Shown: positions 48,015 through 59,015, counted from the first letter of the stretch. The stretch is DNA of 64,000 bases from an uncultured Nitrospiraceae bacterium (GCA_963727805.1 CAVSHF010000003.1:896001-960000), one strand, 5' to 3'. The notes: a model not told the origin generated them from the sequence alone. Made by a program: numbers and translations.

Positions 48015-50567
48015 TTATACATCTAGTGTCGTTCTCAACTTCCACAGTAAATTTTTGGGTGATATTGGCTTATTTATCACATTGACTTTATCCTTAAGCA
48101 TCATTTCTTTGTCTATTCTATCCGCCGTATATCCACTCAAAAAAAGGATTTTCGTCTGTGGCTTAATTTTTCTTATTTCTTCATATACTGCCTTGCCATT
48201 TTTTTTAGGCATGATCATATCAAGTAAGACTAGCTGAATCCTCTCTTTATTACCGAGAAACTTGTTAATAGCTTCTTCGCCATCCTGAGCTAGAATTACT
48301 TCGTATCCATATTGCGTGAGCACTATTTCGTAGAGATTCCGTAATTTCTCATCGTCTTCCGCCACTAAAATGGTCTCTGTCCCGCCAATTAACTGCTGTC
48401 CAATTGTGGTTTTATCAGGAACTTCCTCCTTTGATTCAGTTGCCGGAAGATATATCCGAAAGGTCGTCCCTTTGTCAGGCTCGCTATAGACATTAATGAA
48501 CCCCCCGTGCTGATTCACTATGCCGTAGACCATCGCTAGCCCAAGACCCGTGCCCTTAGCAGGCTCCTTAGTAGTAAAAAATGGCTCGAAAATCTTTGCC
48601 ATCGTCTCCTGGTTCATTCCAATGCCGGTGTCCGATACTGCAATAAGAACGTATTGCCCAGGGTTACCGCAACCATGAGAGACAACGAAGGAATTATCGA
48701 TGTTTATGATTTCGGTACTAATCGTGAATCTTCCACCTTTCGGCATAGCGTCCCTCGCATTGGTAGCAAGATTCATGAGTACCTGCTCTATCTGGCCGGC
48801 GTCAACAATACTCCGTGCATCCTGGCAAGTTAGTATAGTGCTCACATCGATATCCGCACCGATAAGCCTGGTAAGTAACTTCTCAACTTTCCCGATAATG
48901 TCATTAACATTAATTGACCGGGGATTCATTATCTGTTTCCTGCTGAACGCCAGTAGGCTACGAGTTACTTCAGCCGCCCTATCAGCAGCTACTAGTACCT
49001 GGTCGACATATGCCCTTAGAGGATGATTCTCACTCATCTTGTTCTGCACGAGAGACCCGTAGCCCATTATTGTGCAAAGGATATTGTTAAAATCATGAGC
49101 AATTCCTCCGGCTAACTGCCCAACTGCTTCCATTTTCTGAGCCTGAAGAAGCTGCTTTTCAAGCCGTTTATATTCAGTTATATCGCGTATTATTCCACGG
49201 TATGCCACAATATCCCCTTGTTCATCCCTTACAGATGTCGACGTGGACATAACGGTCAATTTTTTCCCATCTTTCCTTTTCAGTTCTATTTCATAATCTT
49301 TCACAAAACCATACAACTCCAACATATCCCTGTACTTCATCCTGGCACTCGGATCGAAGTAAAGGTCTTTAGCAAGGTCAATCTTTAAGAATTCATCTTT
49401 GGAAGAATATCCGAATAGATCGAGGCCTGCTGGGTTCATATCTAAAAATTTCCCTTCAGGAGTGCTGATAAAAATAACATCTTTGGATTCCTCAAAAAGA
49501 CTGCGATATCTTTCTTCTGATTTGCGTAAAGCCTCTTCCATCTTCTTCCGCTCTGTCACATCTTTAAAATCTTCAATAATACCGATTAGATTGCCAGCAG
49601 CATCATAATGGGGGATAGCAGTTAAAATGCAGTCAATTTTGTTCCCATCAGGTCGCTCTATAACGAACTCCTCTTCAAAGCGTTCCTCTCCACTTAAGAT
49701 TCTTGTTGCCGCGCAAAAAGCTGTGTTGTAACGAGGGCAATGGAACATTTCATAACACTTTTTTCCAATCACCTCTCTCTCCCCTATATTGAGAAGGTTT
49801 AAAAAAGTATTATTTACTTTAATCTGATTGTAATTCTTATCTAATACACGCATTGCATCAACCGCACTATTAAAAATCTGATGCAGTTCTGTGTATGCAC
49901 GGTTTATTTCATCTTCTGCCCGTTTTCTTGCAGTAATGTCTATTCCCGTTCCCACAATAAATTTATTGCCTTCTGAGTTGAAGAACCTACCTGAAAAATA
50001 ATAAGGGATACCCGGTCCATTTCTTGGAAGCAGATCAGCTTCCACATCCGCCGTGCCGTGAGTGAAAACTTCCTGAACTTTTTCTGAAATATATTCTTTA
50101 TACGTCGAGGGGAAAAAAGCCTCAGGTTGCATCATTGCTATTTCTTGGGTTGTAAATCCGGTGATTTTTTCAAGATTATTATTCCAACGTATAATCCTTT
50201 TCTTATCGTCAAAAAGATAAAAAATGCCGGGCAGTGAATTTATTACTGCTTCGGATAAATCTTTTTCTTTTTGCAGGCTTTCTTCCGATTTTTTGACAGA
50301 TTGGAAAAGCGGTGCAATCAATGCTACGCCAACAACCATGCATATTGAAGTCCCCAGTGAAAATAATTCGCCTAGCACTTCAGGCGGATTACCTGTAGTT
50401 GTTGATACGAGCCTGAAAAGCTCGTTGCTTCTCCTGAGAGCTCCAATAGTAATTGCGGCAGCAATAAGTATCCATGCATTGCGCCTACCTGTAATTCTGA
50501 TCATTCTGATAGACAGGTAGGCCGCAGTAAACTGAAGCATAGCGGACAATGCCATAATTACTATCAT
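48015..50567 (-). CDS. Membrane-bound hybrid histidine kinase (3 TM, 3 PAS, HisKA, HATPase, REC)
   Basis: [35 protein letters not shown]. Confidence 0.95.
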   Translation of the reverse strand: MIVIMALSAMLQFTAAYLSIRMIRITGRRNAWILIAAAITIGALRRSNELFRLVSTTTGNPPEVLGELFSLGTSICMVVGVALIAPLFQSVKKSEESLQKEKDLSEAVINSLPGIFYLFDDKKRIIRWNNNLEKITGFTTQEIAMMQPEAFFPSTYKEYISEKVQEVFTHGTADVEADLLPRNGPGIPYYFSGRFFNSEGNKFIVGTGIDITARKRAEDEINRAYTELHQIFNSAVDAMRVLDKNYNQIKVNNTFLNLLNIGEREVIGKKCYEMFHCPRYNTAFCAATRILSGEERFEEEFVIERPDGNKIDCILTAIPHYDAAGNLIGIIEDFKDVTERKKMEEALRKSEERYRSLFEESKDVIFISTPEGKFLDMNPAGLDLFGYSSKDEFLKIDLAKDLYFDPSARMKYRDMLELYGFVKDYEIELKRKDGKKLTVMSTSTSVRDEQGDIVAYRGIIRDITEYKRLEKQLLQAQKMEAVGQLAGGIAHDFNNILCTIMGYGSLVQNKMSENHPLRAYVDQVLVAADRAAEVTRSLLAFSRKQIMNPRSINVNDIIGKVEKLLTRLIGADIDVSTILTCQDARSIVDAGQIEQVLMNLATNARDAMPKGGRFTISTEIINIDNSFVVSHGCGNPGQYVLIAVSDTGIGMNQETMAKIFEPFFTTKEPAKGTGLGLAMVYGIVNQHGGFINVYSEPDKGTTFRIYLPATESKEEVPDKTTIGQQLIGGTETILVAEDDEKLRNLYEIVLTQYGYEVILAQDGEEAINKFLGNKERIQLVLLDMIMPKKNGKAVYEEIRKIKPQTKILFLSGYTADRIDKEMMLKDKVNVINKPISPKNLLWKLRTTLDV

Positions 50568-50590
50568 CTTGTACCTTCAGGCCTAAGCAT

Positions 50591-51097
50591 CTAGGAAATC
50601 ATTGGCATTACTTCTGATTTTCCCATCAGCCTGTCAACGTCAACAAGTATTATAAGCCTGCCCTCGAGTTTTGCGATCCCTGTTATGAATTCCGTGTTCA
50701 CATCAGATGCCATCGTCGGGGTGGGCTCAACTATACTGGCTGGAATCCGCAACACCTCCGAGACTGAATCAACCACCAGGCCGATCGTGATCCCTTGTAT
50801 ATCCATGATCATTATCCGTGTTTGTGAGTCATTCTCTTTTTCGGGCAGACCGAATATTTTCCTGAGGTTTATGATGGGCATAACCCTCCCCCTGAGGTTG
50901 ATTACTCCTTCTACATAAGACGGAGCATTCGGCACCCGAGTTATTTCTTTCGTCCTGTTTATTTCCTGTACCTTGAGGATATTGACTGCGTAGTTCTCAT
51001 TGCCTAGTCCAAAGGTTACGAGTTGCAGAAGTTCGCTTCTTTGCCCCGGTGAGCCAACAAGCTTCAGTGCATGCTCTGAAGCTATTAATGTGTCCAT
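50591..51097 (-). CDS. cheW: Chemotaxis coupling protein CheW
   Basis: LQLVTF, GVINLRGRVMPIINLR, GLVVDSVSEV. Confidence 0.94.
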   Translation of the reverse strand: MDTLIASEHALKLVGSPGQRSELLQLVTFGLGNENYAVNILKVQEINRTKEITRVPNAPSYVEGVINLRGRVMPIINLRKIFGLPEKENDSQTRIMIMDIQGITIGLVVDSVSEVLRIPASIVEPTPTMASDVNTEFITGIAKLEGRLIILVDVDRLMGKSEVMPMIS

Positions 51098-51130
51098 TTT
51101 ATGCCTCCAGAATGCTCTTTTCGTCTGAGT

Positions 51131-52798
51131 TTAATTCATGCCGCTGCTGCGACCGTTCCCATTGCCGTTAACCCTAAAGCGGCCGGCTTCAGTTTTTAAA
51201 TCTGTCGACAGCTTCGATAAATTTGTTGCCTCCTGTGCAATCTGATACGAGCCGCTACTCGTCTCTTTCGATACTGCCGCTATAACTTCTATATCGCAGC
51301 TTATCTGCTCGGATACTGTTGACATCTCCTCAGTTGCAGAGGCTATTTGTTGCACCATGGACTGAAGACTGTTTACACTGTTTACTATCATATTGAGGGC
51401 GCTTCCTGCATGTGTCGCAAGTTCAACCCCTGATTGTACTTTTTTTGTTCCCTCTCCCATTGATGTGACAGCCTTTTCTGTCTCGTCCTGTATCGCTTTG
51501 ATCATATTGCCTATCTCTGACGTTGACTGTGCAGTCTTTTCGGCAAGCTTTCTAACCTCATCGGCAACAACCGCAAAGCCTCTCCCCTGTTCTCCTGCTC
51601 GTGCCGCTTCTATGGCAGCATTGAGGGCAAGCAGGTTTGTTTGGTCTGCTATGTCCTTGATTACACTGACGATCTCACCTATCTGCACAGACCGGTCGCC
51701 GAGGGACGTCATTAGCTTGGCCAGATCTGCCACCGTCCTTGCAATTTCCTGCACTTCATTGACAGTCTTCCTCACCACTTCAGCACCATCCTCTGCTGTT
51801 TGCAACGTGTCCGTTGATGAAGATGCTATATTGGCGCTGTTTTTTGCTATGTCGATAACAGTTTGTGACATTTGAGCAGATGCTGTCGCAACCTGGTTGG
51901 CTTTACTAGACTGTTCGTCTACTCTCTTTGTTATCTGAGTCACTGTCGCCGAAAGCTCTTCCGATGACGAAGCGACATGACTGGAGGTGTCCGAAAACTT
52001 TCCTATCATGTCACTTAACGAATGTTTCATCGCATTCAAGGATTTTGCCAAGGCACCTGTCTCATCTCTTATCGTTGCATCCAAGTCATCTGAGGTCAAG
52101 TCGCCCTTAGCAATTTTGTCAGCAACATCAATGCCTTTCTGCAAAGGTTTAGTAATGCTGCGCGCTATTAAAAATGAAATCGTCAAACTAAACATGATGG
52201 CAATACCACCAATTGCAAGGAGTATCAAGCGGGCATTGCCATAATCTGCAACTGCCTCTTCATACCTTATTTTGCTGCGATCTTCCTGGTATTTGATTAG
52301 CTTGTCGATTTCATCCGAGATCTTTTGGGTAAGAGGGATGGCTTCTGTTAAAAGTACAGCGTTAGCTTCGGCCATTTTATGGGCATTTTTTAGTTCAATA
52401 AACTTATTATTGGCTGCCTTTGCAGGAACTATGGCATCTTCGATATGAGCGACCAAATCAGTATTGTCTTTCGAACTATCCATGTTTTTGATTGTGGCAA
52501 TTGCTTCTCTATACTTTTTCCTCTCCGCATCTATTTTTTCTCTTTCTGCATTAAATGCTTCATTCGTCGTCACCAATGAAATAATGCGTGTACCACTTAA
52601 AATATTGGCAATAGCCAGTCCAGCATCATTGGCAAGCTTCACTTTTACATTATTAACAGTGACGATCCTATTCAGATGTTCATTTATCTGTCCCATCTGA
52701 TAAATCCCAAGAACCAACATTACGACTGTCAACAATAGCACTACTCCGAATCCCACTCCCAACTTGATTTTGATCTTCAAATTCTTAAACATTGACAT
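51131..52798 (-). CDS. Methyl-accepting chemotaxis protein (four-helix sensor, HAMP)
   Basis: Two TMs, [48 protein letters not shown]. Confidence 0.96.
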   Translation of the reverse strand: MSMFKNLKIKIKLGVGFGVVLLLTVVMLVLGIYQMGQINEHLNRIVTVNNVKVKLANDAGLAIANILSGTRIISLVTTNEAFNAEREKIDAERKKYREAIATIKNMDSSKDNTDLVAHIEDAIVPAKAANNKFIELKNAHKMAEANAVLLTEAIPLTQKISDEIDKLIKYQEDRSKIRYEEAVADYGNARLILLAIGGIAIMFSLTISFLIARSITKPLQKGIDVADKIAKGDLTSDDLDATIRDETGALAKSLNAMKHSLSDMIGKFSDTSSHVASSSEELSATVTQITKRVDEQSSKANQVATASAQMSQTVIDIAKNSANIASSSTDTLQTAEDGAEVVRKTVNEVQEIARTVADLAKLMTSLGDRSVQIGEIVSVIKDIADQTNLLALNAAIEAARAGEQGRGFAVVADEVRKLAEKTAQSTSEIGNMIKAIQDETEKAVTSMGEGTKKVQSGVELATHAGSALNMIVNSVNSLQSMVQQIASATEEMSTVSEQISCDIEVIAAVSKETSSGSYQIAQEATNLSKLSTDLKTEAGRFRVNGNGNGRSSGMN

Positions 52799-52907
52799 CC
52801 TCCTTTAACATCACTTCACCACACATTTTCATGTCATAATCTCCCGCTCGAACCTGTTAATTATTTTGGCTCTGATATTCTTATCGGGCAAATCTTTTTA
52901 ATCAGGA

Positions 52908-52922
52908 TAGGGGAATCCCTTA
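52908..52922. promoter_or_regulatory. Palindromic NarL/FixJ-type box upstream of MCP
   Basis: TAGGGGAATCCCTTA, 12/15 identical to 53822-53836. Confidence 0.45.
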
Positions 52923-53002
52923 GAATAAGATGCTATTTACCTGAAAGATGACACAGAAAAATGGTAGAGATTGAAAAAATAGTTAACGATAAAGGGAGGA
53001 GG

Positions 53003-53656
53003 CTATTTTTCTACGGAGGTCAAACCCTCTCGGATAGCATATTTAACAAGGCCAGCGACATTGGTAATGCCTAACTTATTCATGATCTTGAGGCGGTATG
53101 TCTCCACAGTCTTTATGCTCAGGTTGAGTTCACCAGCGATATCCTTTGTAGATTTCCCTTCCGAAATGAACTGAAGGACCATCCGTTCCTTCGCCGAAAG
53201 TCTCGGAACCTTCAAATCATCAGTATATGAATTTACCCCAACAAAATCCCTTATTACACTGTCTGCTATTTCAGCGCTCAGGTATATTTGCCCTTCCATA
53301 ACACTCCTTATTGCTTTGACAAGCTCCTCGAATGCACATTCCTTTGTCAGATAACCTGAGGCTCCTGCCATGAACATCTCCGAAGCAATTCCTTTATCAG
53401 AATGTACTGAGAGTCCGATAACCTTGATCTTGGGATTTTCATTGAGAATTTGACGGCAAGCTTCCACGCCATTTAAATCAGGCATGGTGACATCTAAGAT
53501 CGCGACATCAGGTGACAATTCTCGGGTTGACTTTATTGATTCCCACCCATTGTTAGCCTCACCCACCACCTGTAAATCGGCGTATTTTTCAAGAAGCGTT
53601 TTTATACCTTCTCGAACGATACGGTGGTCATCAGCTAATAGAATTCTTATGCTCAG
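53003..53656 (-). CDS. NarL/FixJ-family response regulator (REC + LuxR HTH), apparent CTG start
   Basis: (L)SIRILLADDH upstream of track start, LDVTMP, GKSTKDIAGELNLSIKTVETYR. Confidence 0.92.
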   Translation of the reverse strand: MSIRILLADDHRIVREGIKTLLEKYADLQVVGEANNGWESIKSTRELSPDVAILDVTMPDLNGVEACRQILNENPKIKVIGLSVHSDKGIASEMFMAGASGYLTKECAFEELVKAIRSVMEGQIYLSAEIADSVIRDFVGVNSYTDDLKVPRLSAKERMVLQFISEGKSTKDIAGELNLSIKTVETYRLKIMNKLGITNVAGLVKYAIREGLTSVEK

Positions 53657-53821
53657 ATTAATGCCCCCCAGCTTAATCAGTGCCGTTAGTTACTCAAAAG
53701 AAAAGAGATCGATACCCGTTATCCGTTGCCCTTCTTTTTCATGCTAATGATGTTCCTCGGCAAAAAAGCCATGACAATAAACGATATATATAACAATATC
53801 ATGAAATCTTATTCGTTGCAA

Positions 53822-53836
53822 TAAGGTATTCCCTTA
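53822..53836. promoter_or_regulatory. Palindromic NarL/FixJ-type box upstream of the response regulator
   Basis: TAAGGTATTCCCTTA. Confidence 0.45.
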
Positions 53837-53890
53837 TAACTATCTTCGATAATCCTTACCCGGACAATATGCTATGCTCCTCTTTTATTG

Positions 53891-56617
53891 TTAATTATTT
53901 AATGCTTGAAGATTCCATGGAACTGTCACAAGGACCGTAGTTCCTGAATTAATAACCGATTGTATATCGATCTGACCGCCCATAGTATTTAACCGTTCAG
54001 ATATGTTTAAAATGCCGAATCCTTCATTGCTACCATTCGGTCTAATCTCAGTGGTGTCAAATCCCATTCCATCGTCTTTAACTGCTATTTTTATTTCCTT
54101 AGCATCTCGCAGAACCGATATGCTTGCTGTTTCGGCTTTTGCGTGCTTCACGACATTGACCATCAACTCACGTACAATATTAAAAAGAAGGATGCGCGTT
54201 GCATCATCAAGCGGCCTTTTATCCCCGTCAGTTTGAAAGTAAAACCTGACATCATATCTCCCTTGAAACTGCTCCACAAGCCGCTGCACTGCTGCATCAA
54301 ACCCTAATTCGTATAGCATAGGTGGACTGAGATCCACCGTCAAGGTTCGCACGAATTGGATTGCCTGATCGATAAGCTCCCGAATTTGCTGGATTTCATC
54401 GCATGCCTCTGCTGAGTGAATCGACTCGGCTAATGCTCCCAACTCTATTCTTATAAGAGCGAGAATTTGTCCGATATTTTCATGAAGTCCGGTTGCAATG
54501 CGGCGTCTCTCGCGCTCCTCGGTTAAAGATAGCTGAGTCACAAGCGCTTTCAGATGTTTTTCGTGGGCTGTAATGGTTTCCTTGGACCGTCTGAGGTCGG
54601 AAACCAAAACCGCCAACGACTCATTCACTCGGACGAGCTCTTTAGTCCTCTCCTTCACCCGCTCTTCCAATGTATCGTACGCTATTTTAAGCCCTTCCTC
54701 GGCCTGCTTGCGCTTACTGATATCCAGTATGGTCCCAATAATTGCTGGTCTATTTTTGTAGAAGACTCTGGAGCCGTATACCTCAACGTTTATGATTTCT
54801 TTAGTTTTCTTTATTAGTTTGAATTCATAATGAGCAGTTGTTATTTCGCCTCCTATTCGTCTTCTCATATTTTCTAAGATAATTGACAAATCATCCGGAT
54901 GCGCAACTGTGTTGATAAATTTCTCATCCAGACATTCATCCACTGAATAACCGACCATTTTTACAAACTGTGGGTTTACATATTTCATCGCGCTGTCCTG
55001 TATGAGATAAATGCCCACGAGTGCATTTTCAGCGAAACTCTTGAACATATCTTCAGATTCCTTTAGCTGCTCTTCTGCAAGCTTCCGCTCAGAGATATCT
55101 CTGCCGACAGACTGGTATTCAATAATGTCCCCGCGATCGTCGAAAATCGCACGATTCGTCCATTGATGCCAGTGCATATTCCCATCAGGAAACAGTAGGC
55201 GGCCTTCTGAGACGTTGTGAGGCTTGTCCTTTGTCAATGATTCAATCTGCCTTATCACTGCCTGACGGTCTTCCTCGTGAATGAGTGAATAGAAAGAATT
55301 ACCTAACAGATCCTCCGGCCTAGCTCCTAATGCCTTGATCAGTGCTCCATTCACATAGGTCAGTATACCGCCAGGGAGATGACGACTAACATACTCCGTC
55401 TGATTTTCAATGATATCCCGATAGCGCTCCTCACTTTTCCGCAACATATCGGCAATCCGGATTCGCTCCGCGATCTCCGCTTGAATCTTCTCTTGCATTT
55501 TTTTCCGTGCGGTGACATCTCTGCCTATCTCTATCCCAGCAATGATTTCTCCCTTGGCATTCTTGAGGGAGGAAGCAGTGATTTCGATACATTTTACCCC
55601 TTCGGGTACCTGAATCGTTCTTTCAACCCTATGTATCTGTCCATCCTGGAAAGCCATTGCCACGGGACAGCCTCCGCATTTCGATACATTGTATTCATAA
55701 GTCAGATAACAATACTCACCGACATGGTCTCCAGAAAGCTCCTTCTGAGCGGCATTCTGATATATAATCCTGTAATCAAGATCCTGAATGGTAACGGCAT
55801 CACCCATGCTGGCCAAGATGGCATCTGTTTTTGACTTTTCATCTTCAAGTTGGTTCACAGCTGCGGACAGTCCGCTTCGCAACTCACCCCAGTATGTGCC
55901 GAGCAATAATGGAATAGCCCATATATGGAGATTATGCCTGATCGGCGCATAAACGTTGACATAGCGATCATGAGCACTAATATTGAAAATCATGAGGAAT
56001 TCGTCAAGGAAGAAGAACAAAAAGCCCAAGATTAATGTGTTTTGGACCTTGGTCCCTCGCCTTTTTGTAGACAAAAATATCCACAGAGCATACCCCATAA
56101 AAATAGAGGCTGCCATTCTATCAGCCCACTCTCCCCAGAATGTGTGGAATGTCGCTCCCGGGTCATCTTTCAAATAAGCTGGCCACTGAAGGGCAATTGC
56201 AACGTATAAAATAAAGGTAATCGCTGATGAAATGATTACAAATCTGCGGGATATATTCTTCTTCTTAACCAGATAATTCATAAATGCAAAGGCAATCAGA
56301 ATGCATGACATCATCGTGGCAGCATGCTCTAGTGGCGGATAAAATTTATACATGAACTCAAAAGATATATACCCTCTTAAACTTCCGTATTCGGCCGTAA
56401 GCATGAGCAACTCTCTAGCCATTCCAATGACCGAAGCAATTCCTATATAAATGTCCTTTTGCGATTTGGTCTTCACCCATTCTTTGTATGCGACCCAAGC
56501 AAGAATGCTCCAGAAGAATGTGGGTAGTAGGAAGCGCACAGCCACTGGGCCGGGGGCCCCACCAGTGAGACCACCAAACTCGGCAAGAATTGCAAGTATT
56601 TCTTTGGCTAAAATCAT
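53891..56617 (-). CDS. Multi-TM, 3-PAS sensor kinase with HisKA_3 (NarX/UhpB-type) core
   Basis: EERERRRIATGLHENIGQ, RELMVNVVKHA, DDGMGF, GFGILNISER; ATG 56617 preferred, ORF open to 56749. Confidence 0.92.
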   Translation of the reverse strand: MILAKEILAILAEFGGLTGGAPGPVAVRFLLPTFFWSILAWVAYKEWVKTKSQKDIYIGIASVIGMARELLMLTAEYGSLRGYISFEFMYKFYPPLEHAATMMSCILIAFAFMNYLVKKKNISRRFVIISSAITFILYVAIALQWPAYLKDDPGATFHTFWGEWADRMAASIFMGYALWIFLSTKRRGTKVQNTLILGFLFFFLDEFLMIFNISAHDRYVNVYAPIRHNLHIWAIPLLLGTYWGELRSGLSAAVNQLEDEKSKTDAILASMGDAVTIQDLDYRIIYQNAAQKELSGDHVGEYCYLTYEYNVSKCGGCPVAMAFQDGQIHRVERTIQVPEGVKCIEITASSLKNAKGEIIAGIEIGRDVTARKKMQEKIQAEIAERIRIADMLRKSEERYRDIIENQTEYVSRHLPGGILTYVNGALIKALGARPEDLLGNSFYSLIHEEDRQAVIRQIESLTKDKPHNVSEGRLLFPDGNMHWHQWTNRAIFDDRGDIIEYQSVGRDISERKLAEEQLKESEDMFKSFAENALVGIYLIQDSAMKYVNPQFVKMVGYSVDECLDEKFINTVAHPDDLSIILENMRRRIGGEITTAHYEFKLIKKTKEIINVEVYGSRVFYKNRPAIIGTILDISKRKQAEEGLKIAYDTLEERVKERTKELVRVNESLAVLVSDLRRSKETITAHEKHLKALVTQLSLTEERERRRIATGLHENIGQILALIRIELGALAESIHSAEACDEIQQIRELIDQAIQFVRTLTVDLSPPMLYELGFDAAVQRLVEQFQGRYDVRFYFQTDGDKRPLDDATRILLFNIVRELMVNVVKHAKAETASISVLRDAKEIKIAVKDDGMGFDTTEIRPNGSNEGFGILNISERLNTMGGQIDIQSVINSGTTVLVTVPWNLQALNN

Positions 56618-56856
56618 AACGCTGGTTTGAAGAATGAGATACAAGACAACTCCATCATCATCGTTTCCCCAAGCACCCAGTATACCACTTCCTGAAATCA
56701 CACAACAAAAGGAGCCCTCCACGCTCAGATTCTGGTCCTGAGAGAACACGCTGCAAGTTGTGGCGTCTCTTTACTTCACAACAAAATCTCAGCAACTTAG
56801 GTCCGCTAGAGATTGGGAGAACGGCTTAGCTTGTTAGCAGGATGTTACAGTCTTTT

Positions 56857-57009
56857 TTGACATTCTCCCCGGCCTAAAGGCCGAGAATTCCCGACTCATG
56901 CAGAGAGTCAAGACCTTAGTCAGTATCTATCCGAGTGGCCTGCCCGCTCCATATCGCCGCTCGCCTATAGGGCGAGTCCCACTCCTGGTGTATTTTGCGT
57001 GAAGTGCAT
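56857..57009 (-). mobile_element. IS200/IS605 right-end relic, copy 3 (decayed tnpB tail + reRNA-like end)
   Basis: CAGGCCACTCG...TGCATGAGTCGGGAATT.CGGCC-TTTA-GGCCGGGGAGAATGTCAA; aligns with copy 2. Confidence 0.82.
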
Positions 57010-57058
57010 TTTGCGCTGGAAAGTATCAGTCATTATATTGATGAGCAATCTCCTTCTA

Positions 57059-57430
57059 TCACAAAACACTCTGCTGGCCTTGTAGAAGGTCACCGATCTT
57101 CCTGTTGAGTTCGTTGATGTCTCTCTTTATTTTATGGATGTGGGTCCTTTTGATATACCCCAGCTGTTCTGTCAGGACAAGTCTTTTGTGGATCTCCTCG
57201 AGACTATTGAGTGCCATGAAAATAGAATCATTTCTGTACTTTCTATTTTTCATCATAAATCCCTCGGCGAGGTGACATGGAACTGAATGGGTCATTCTAT
57301 TCAACGTACTGCAGACATCGCTGGAGCCTGACGAAGAGAGGTCAACGGTCATCTCATGTATTGTCTCTGCCAGCTCCAGTCCTTCCTGCCATATCTTATA
57401 CTCTTCAAGATTTTTCATCAGCTGGTTCAT
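57059..57430 (-). CDS. Four-helix-bundle (23S rRNA IVP/S23-like) protein, divergent
   Basis: LEEYKIWQEGLELA, SVPCHLAEG, SLEE, LGYI; AGGAGG before ATG 57430. Confidence 0.8.
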   Translation of the reverse strand: MNQLMKNLEEYKIWQEGLELAETIHEMTVDLSSSGSSDVCSTLNRMTHSVPCHLAEGFMMKNRKYRNDSIFMALNSLEEIHKRLVLTEQLGYIKRTHIHKIKRDINELNRKIGDLLQGQQSVL

Positions 57431-57576
57431 ACTACAATCTTCCTCCTGAGATAGGGTTAGCAAAGTTTTTCCTCTTAATCCAAAAATATAAGACTACATA
57501 AAACATATACGTGTTGGCTGAAGCCTGCTCCTCAGTAAACTGATCGGCGATTATATCGGCTATGCTGATTCCTTCC

Positions 57577-57765
57577 TCAAACAGCTTTCAGACAATCTTC
57601 TCTCCAAAGACAATTGGCTTGATTGCATTCGTGCACATAACGCGTTGCATAACAATCATTATTGCCCTCTGCCCTCTGAATGGATCGGATGAACTCAATT
57701 TTGTTCTGCCTTCCGACTTTTACTCCCTTCGTTTTTGCAATTGTTCTAATAGCCTGCATCTTCAT
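57577..57765 (-). CDS. Small SAP-like domain protein with Cys motif
   Basis: IRTIAKTKGV...IRSIQRAEGNNDCY...CLWREDC. Confidence 0.8.
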   Translation of the reverse strand: MKMQAIRTIAKTKGVKVGRQNKIEFIRSIQRAEGNNDCYATRYVHECNQANCLWREDCLKAV

Positions 57766-58478
57766 GCGTGATCCCCCTATTTTTCAGACGAAATAGGTTT
57801 TATTTCCATAGTGGCATATATAACCTCGCACTGTGTCAAAGCATAGATTTTCGCGATTGAACATAGTTGAATGTATTTAAAGCAATATCGTCCCATCTCA
57901 TCGATGCCTGGAATAAATGTATAGTTTGCTACGTATGCTCGTAAAGCATAAACTACTAATATCCTGCATACTCATGATAATGATATAAATATATTATGTT
58001 TAAATGGACTTTAAATATATCCGATATCGTCTGATATTATTGTAGGAGACAAGGAAGTATCCTGTCAGTGCTTGTCTGACATACGACTGCATACGACTTT
58101 ACAAGAAGGGCCTCGCACAAAAGTAATCCTTGAGCGCAAGGCTATCTATTCAAAGAATTGTGGCTACTGAAGTTTTAAAATAAACATAGTGCTCAGAGGC
58201 AAGAATGTATTTTGGGAAACGATGTCTCTACCTCAGCATTGAAAGTTGCCATGATTGCTCTAACAACAACAAACATCAGATTGACATTTCATACCGCGCG
58301 CTTTAGATATCGTACCTAAACCCGGAATTTTACGGCGCTTCCTGATAATATTTGAAAATTAAGCATCAGTAAAAGGTTATATGATGCGGTATGCGCCCCT
58401 GTTAGCTCCTACTTGGGGCACGATTACTGATAAATTAGTGAAACCTGACACCATATTGACAGGCAGTCTGCTCGGTTA

Positions 58479-59015
58479 TTACTTCGGCCGTGAGATGCTA
58501 CGAACACTGTACAGCTCAAAGCGCTTTGCCCACCTAAAGGCTGTCGTATTACAAATACCAAGAATTTTAGCTGCCGAACAAAAAGTATTGCCTTCGGCCA
58601 GAAGAGTTTTGAGCTTATTGACATCAAAAGAGAGACGGACGCCTGGAATACCCTTGATCACTGTAATCCCATGTTTTCGCGCGAGCTTATATATAATCGC
58701 AGACTTGACGCCAAGACCTTTGGCGATTTCAGGTGCCGTAAGTCCGGCTTCCGTCATGCGACGGATTTTTTCGATTTTGTATTGCAGGGTCTCATCCGTG
58801 GGCACAGGTATCCGGGCCCTTAACCTAATCCTCCTGACAAGCTCAGATGTACATCCTACCATTCTGGCAATGACAGTATTCCTGAACTTAGGCAAAAGGG
58901 GAACAATTCGAGCGCTTACGCTGCCAGGCCTGAAGTTTTTCGCAATCGACCCCTTAGGCCTGCCTGGTTTGCGCTTGATTTGCTTTATTGTGTATGGGAA
59001 GTGTCTATTTTGCAT
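58479..59015 (-). CDS. Basic DNA-binding protein: AT-hook plus three HTH-like units
   Basis: KRKPGRPKGS; IARMVGCTSELV, EIAKGLGVKSAII, AAKILGICNTTA. Confidence 0.65.
   Translation of the reverse strand: MQNRHFPYTIKQIKRKPGRPKGSIAKNFRPGSVSARIVPLLPKFRNTVIARMVGCTSELVRRIRLRARIPVPTDETLQYKIEKIRRMTEAGLTAPEIAKGLGVKSAIIYKLARKHGITVIKGIPGVRLSFDVNKLKTLLAEGNTFCSAAKILGICNTTAFRWAKRFELYSVRSISRPK

Noticed and set aside
56770..56845. GCTAAC…AAGCCG attC-like start beside IS relic copy 3
   Set aside because: No matching L'/R' arm with correct spacing
57059..57430. Four-helix-bundle protein as Avd of a diversity-generating retroelement
   Set aside because: No reverse transcriptase or TR/VR repeat pair seen in the window
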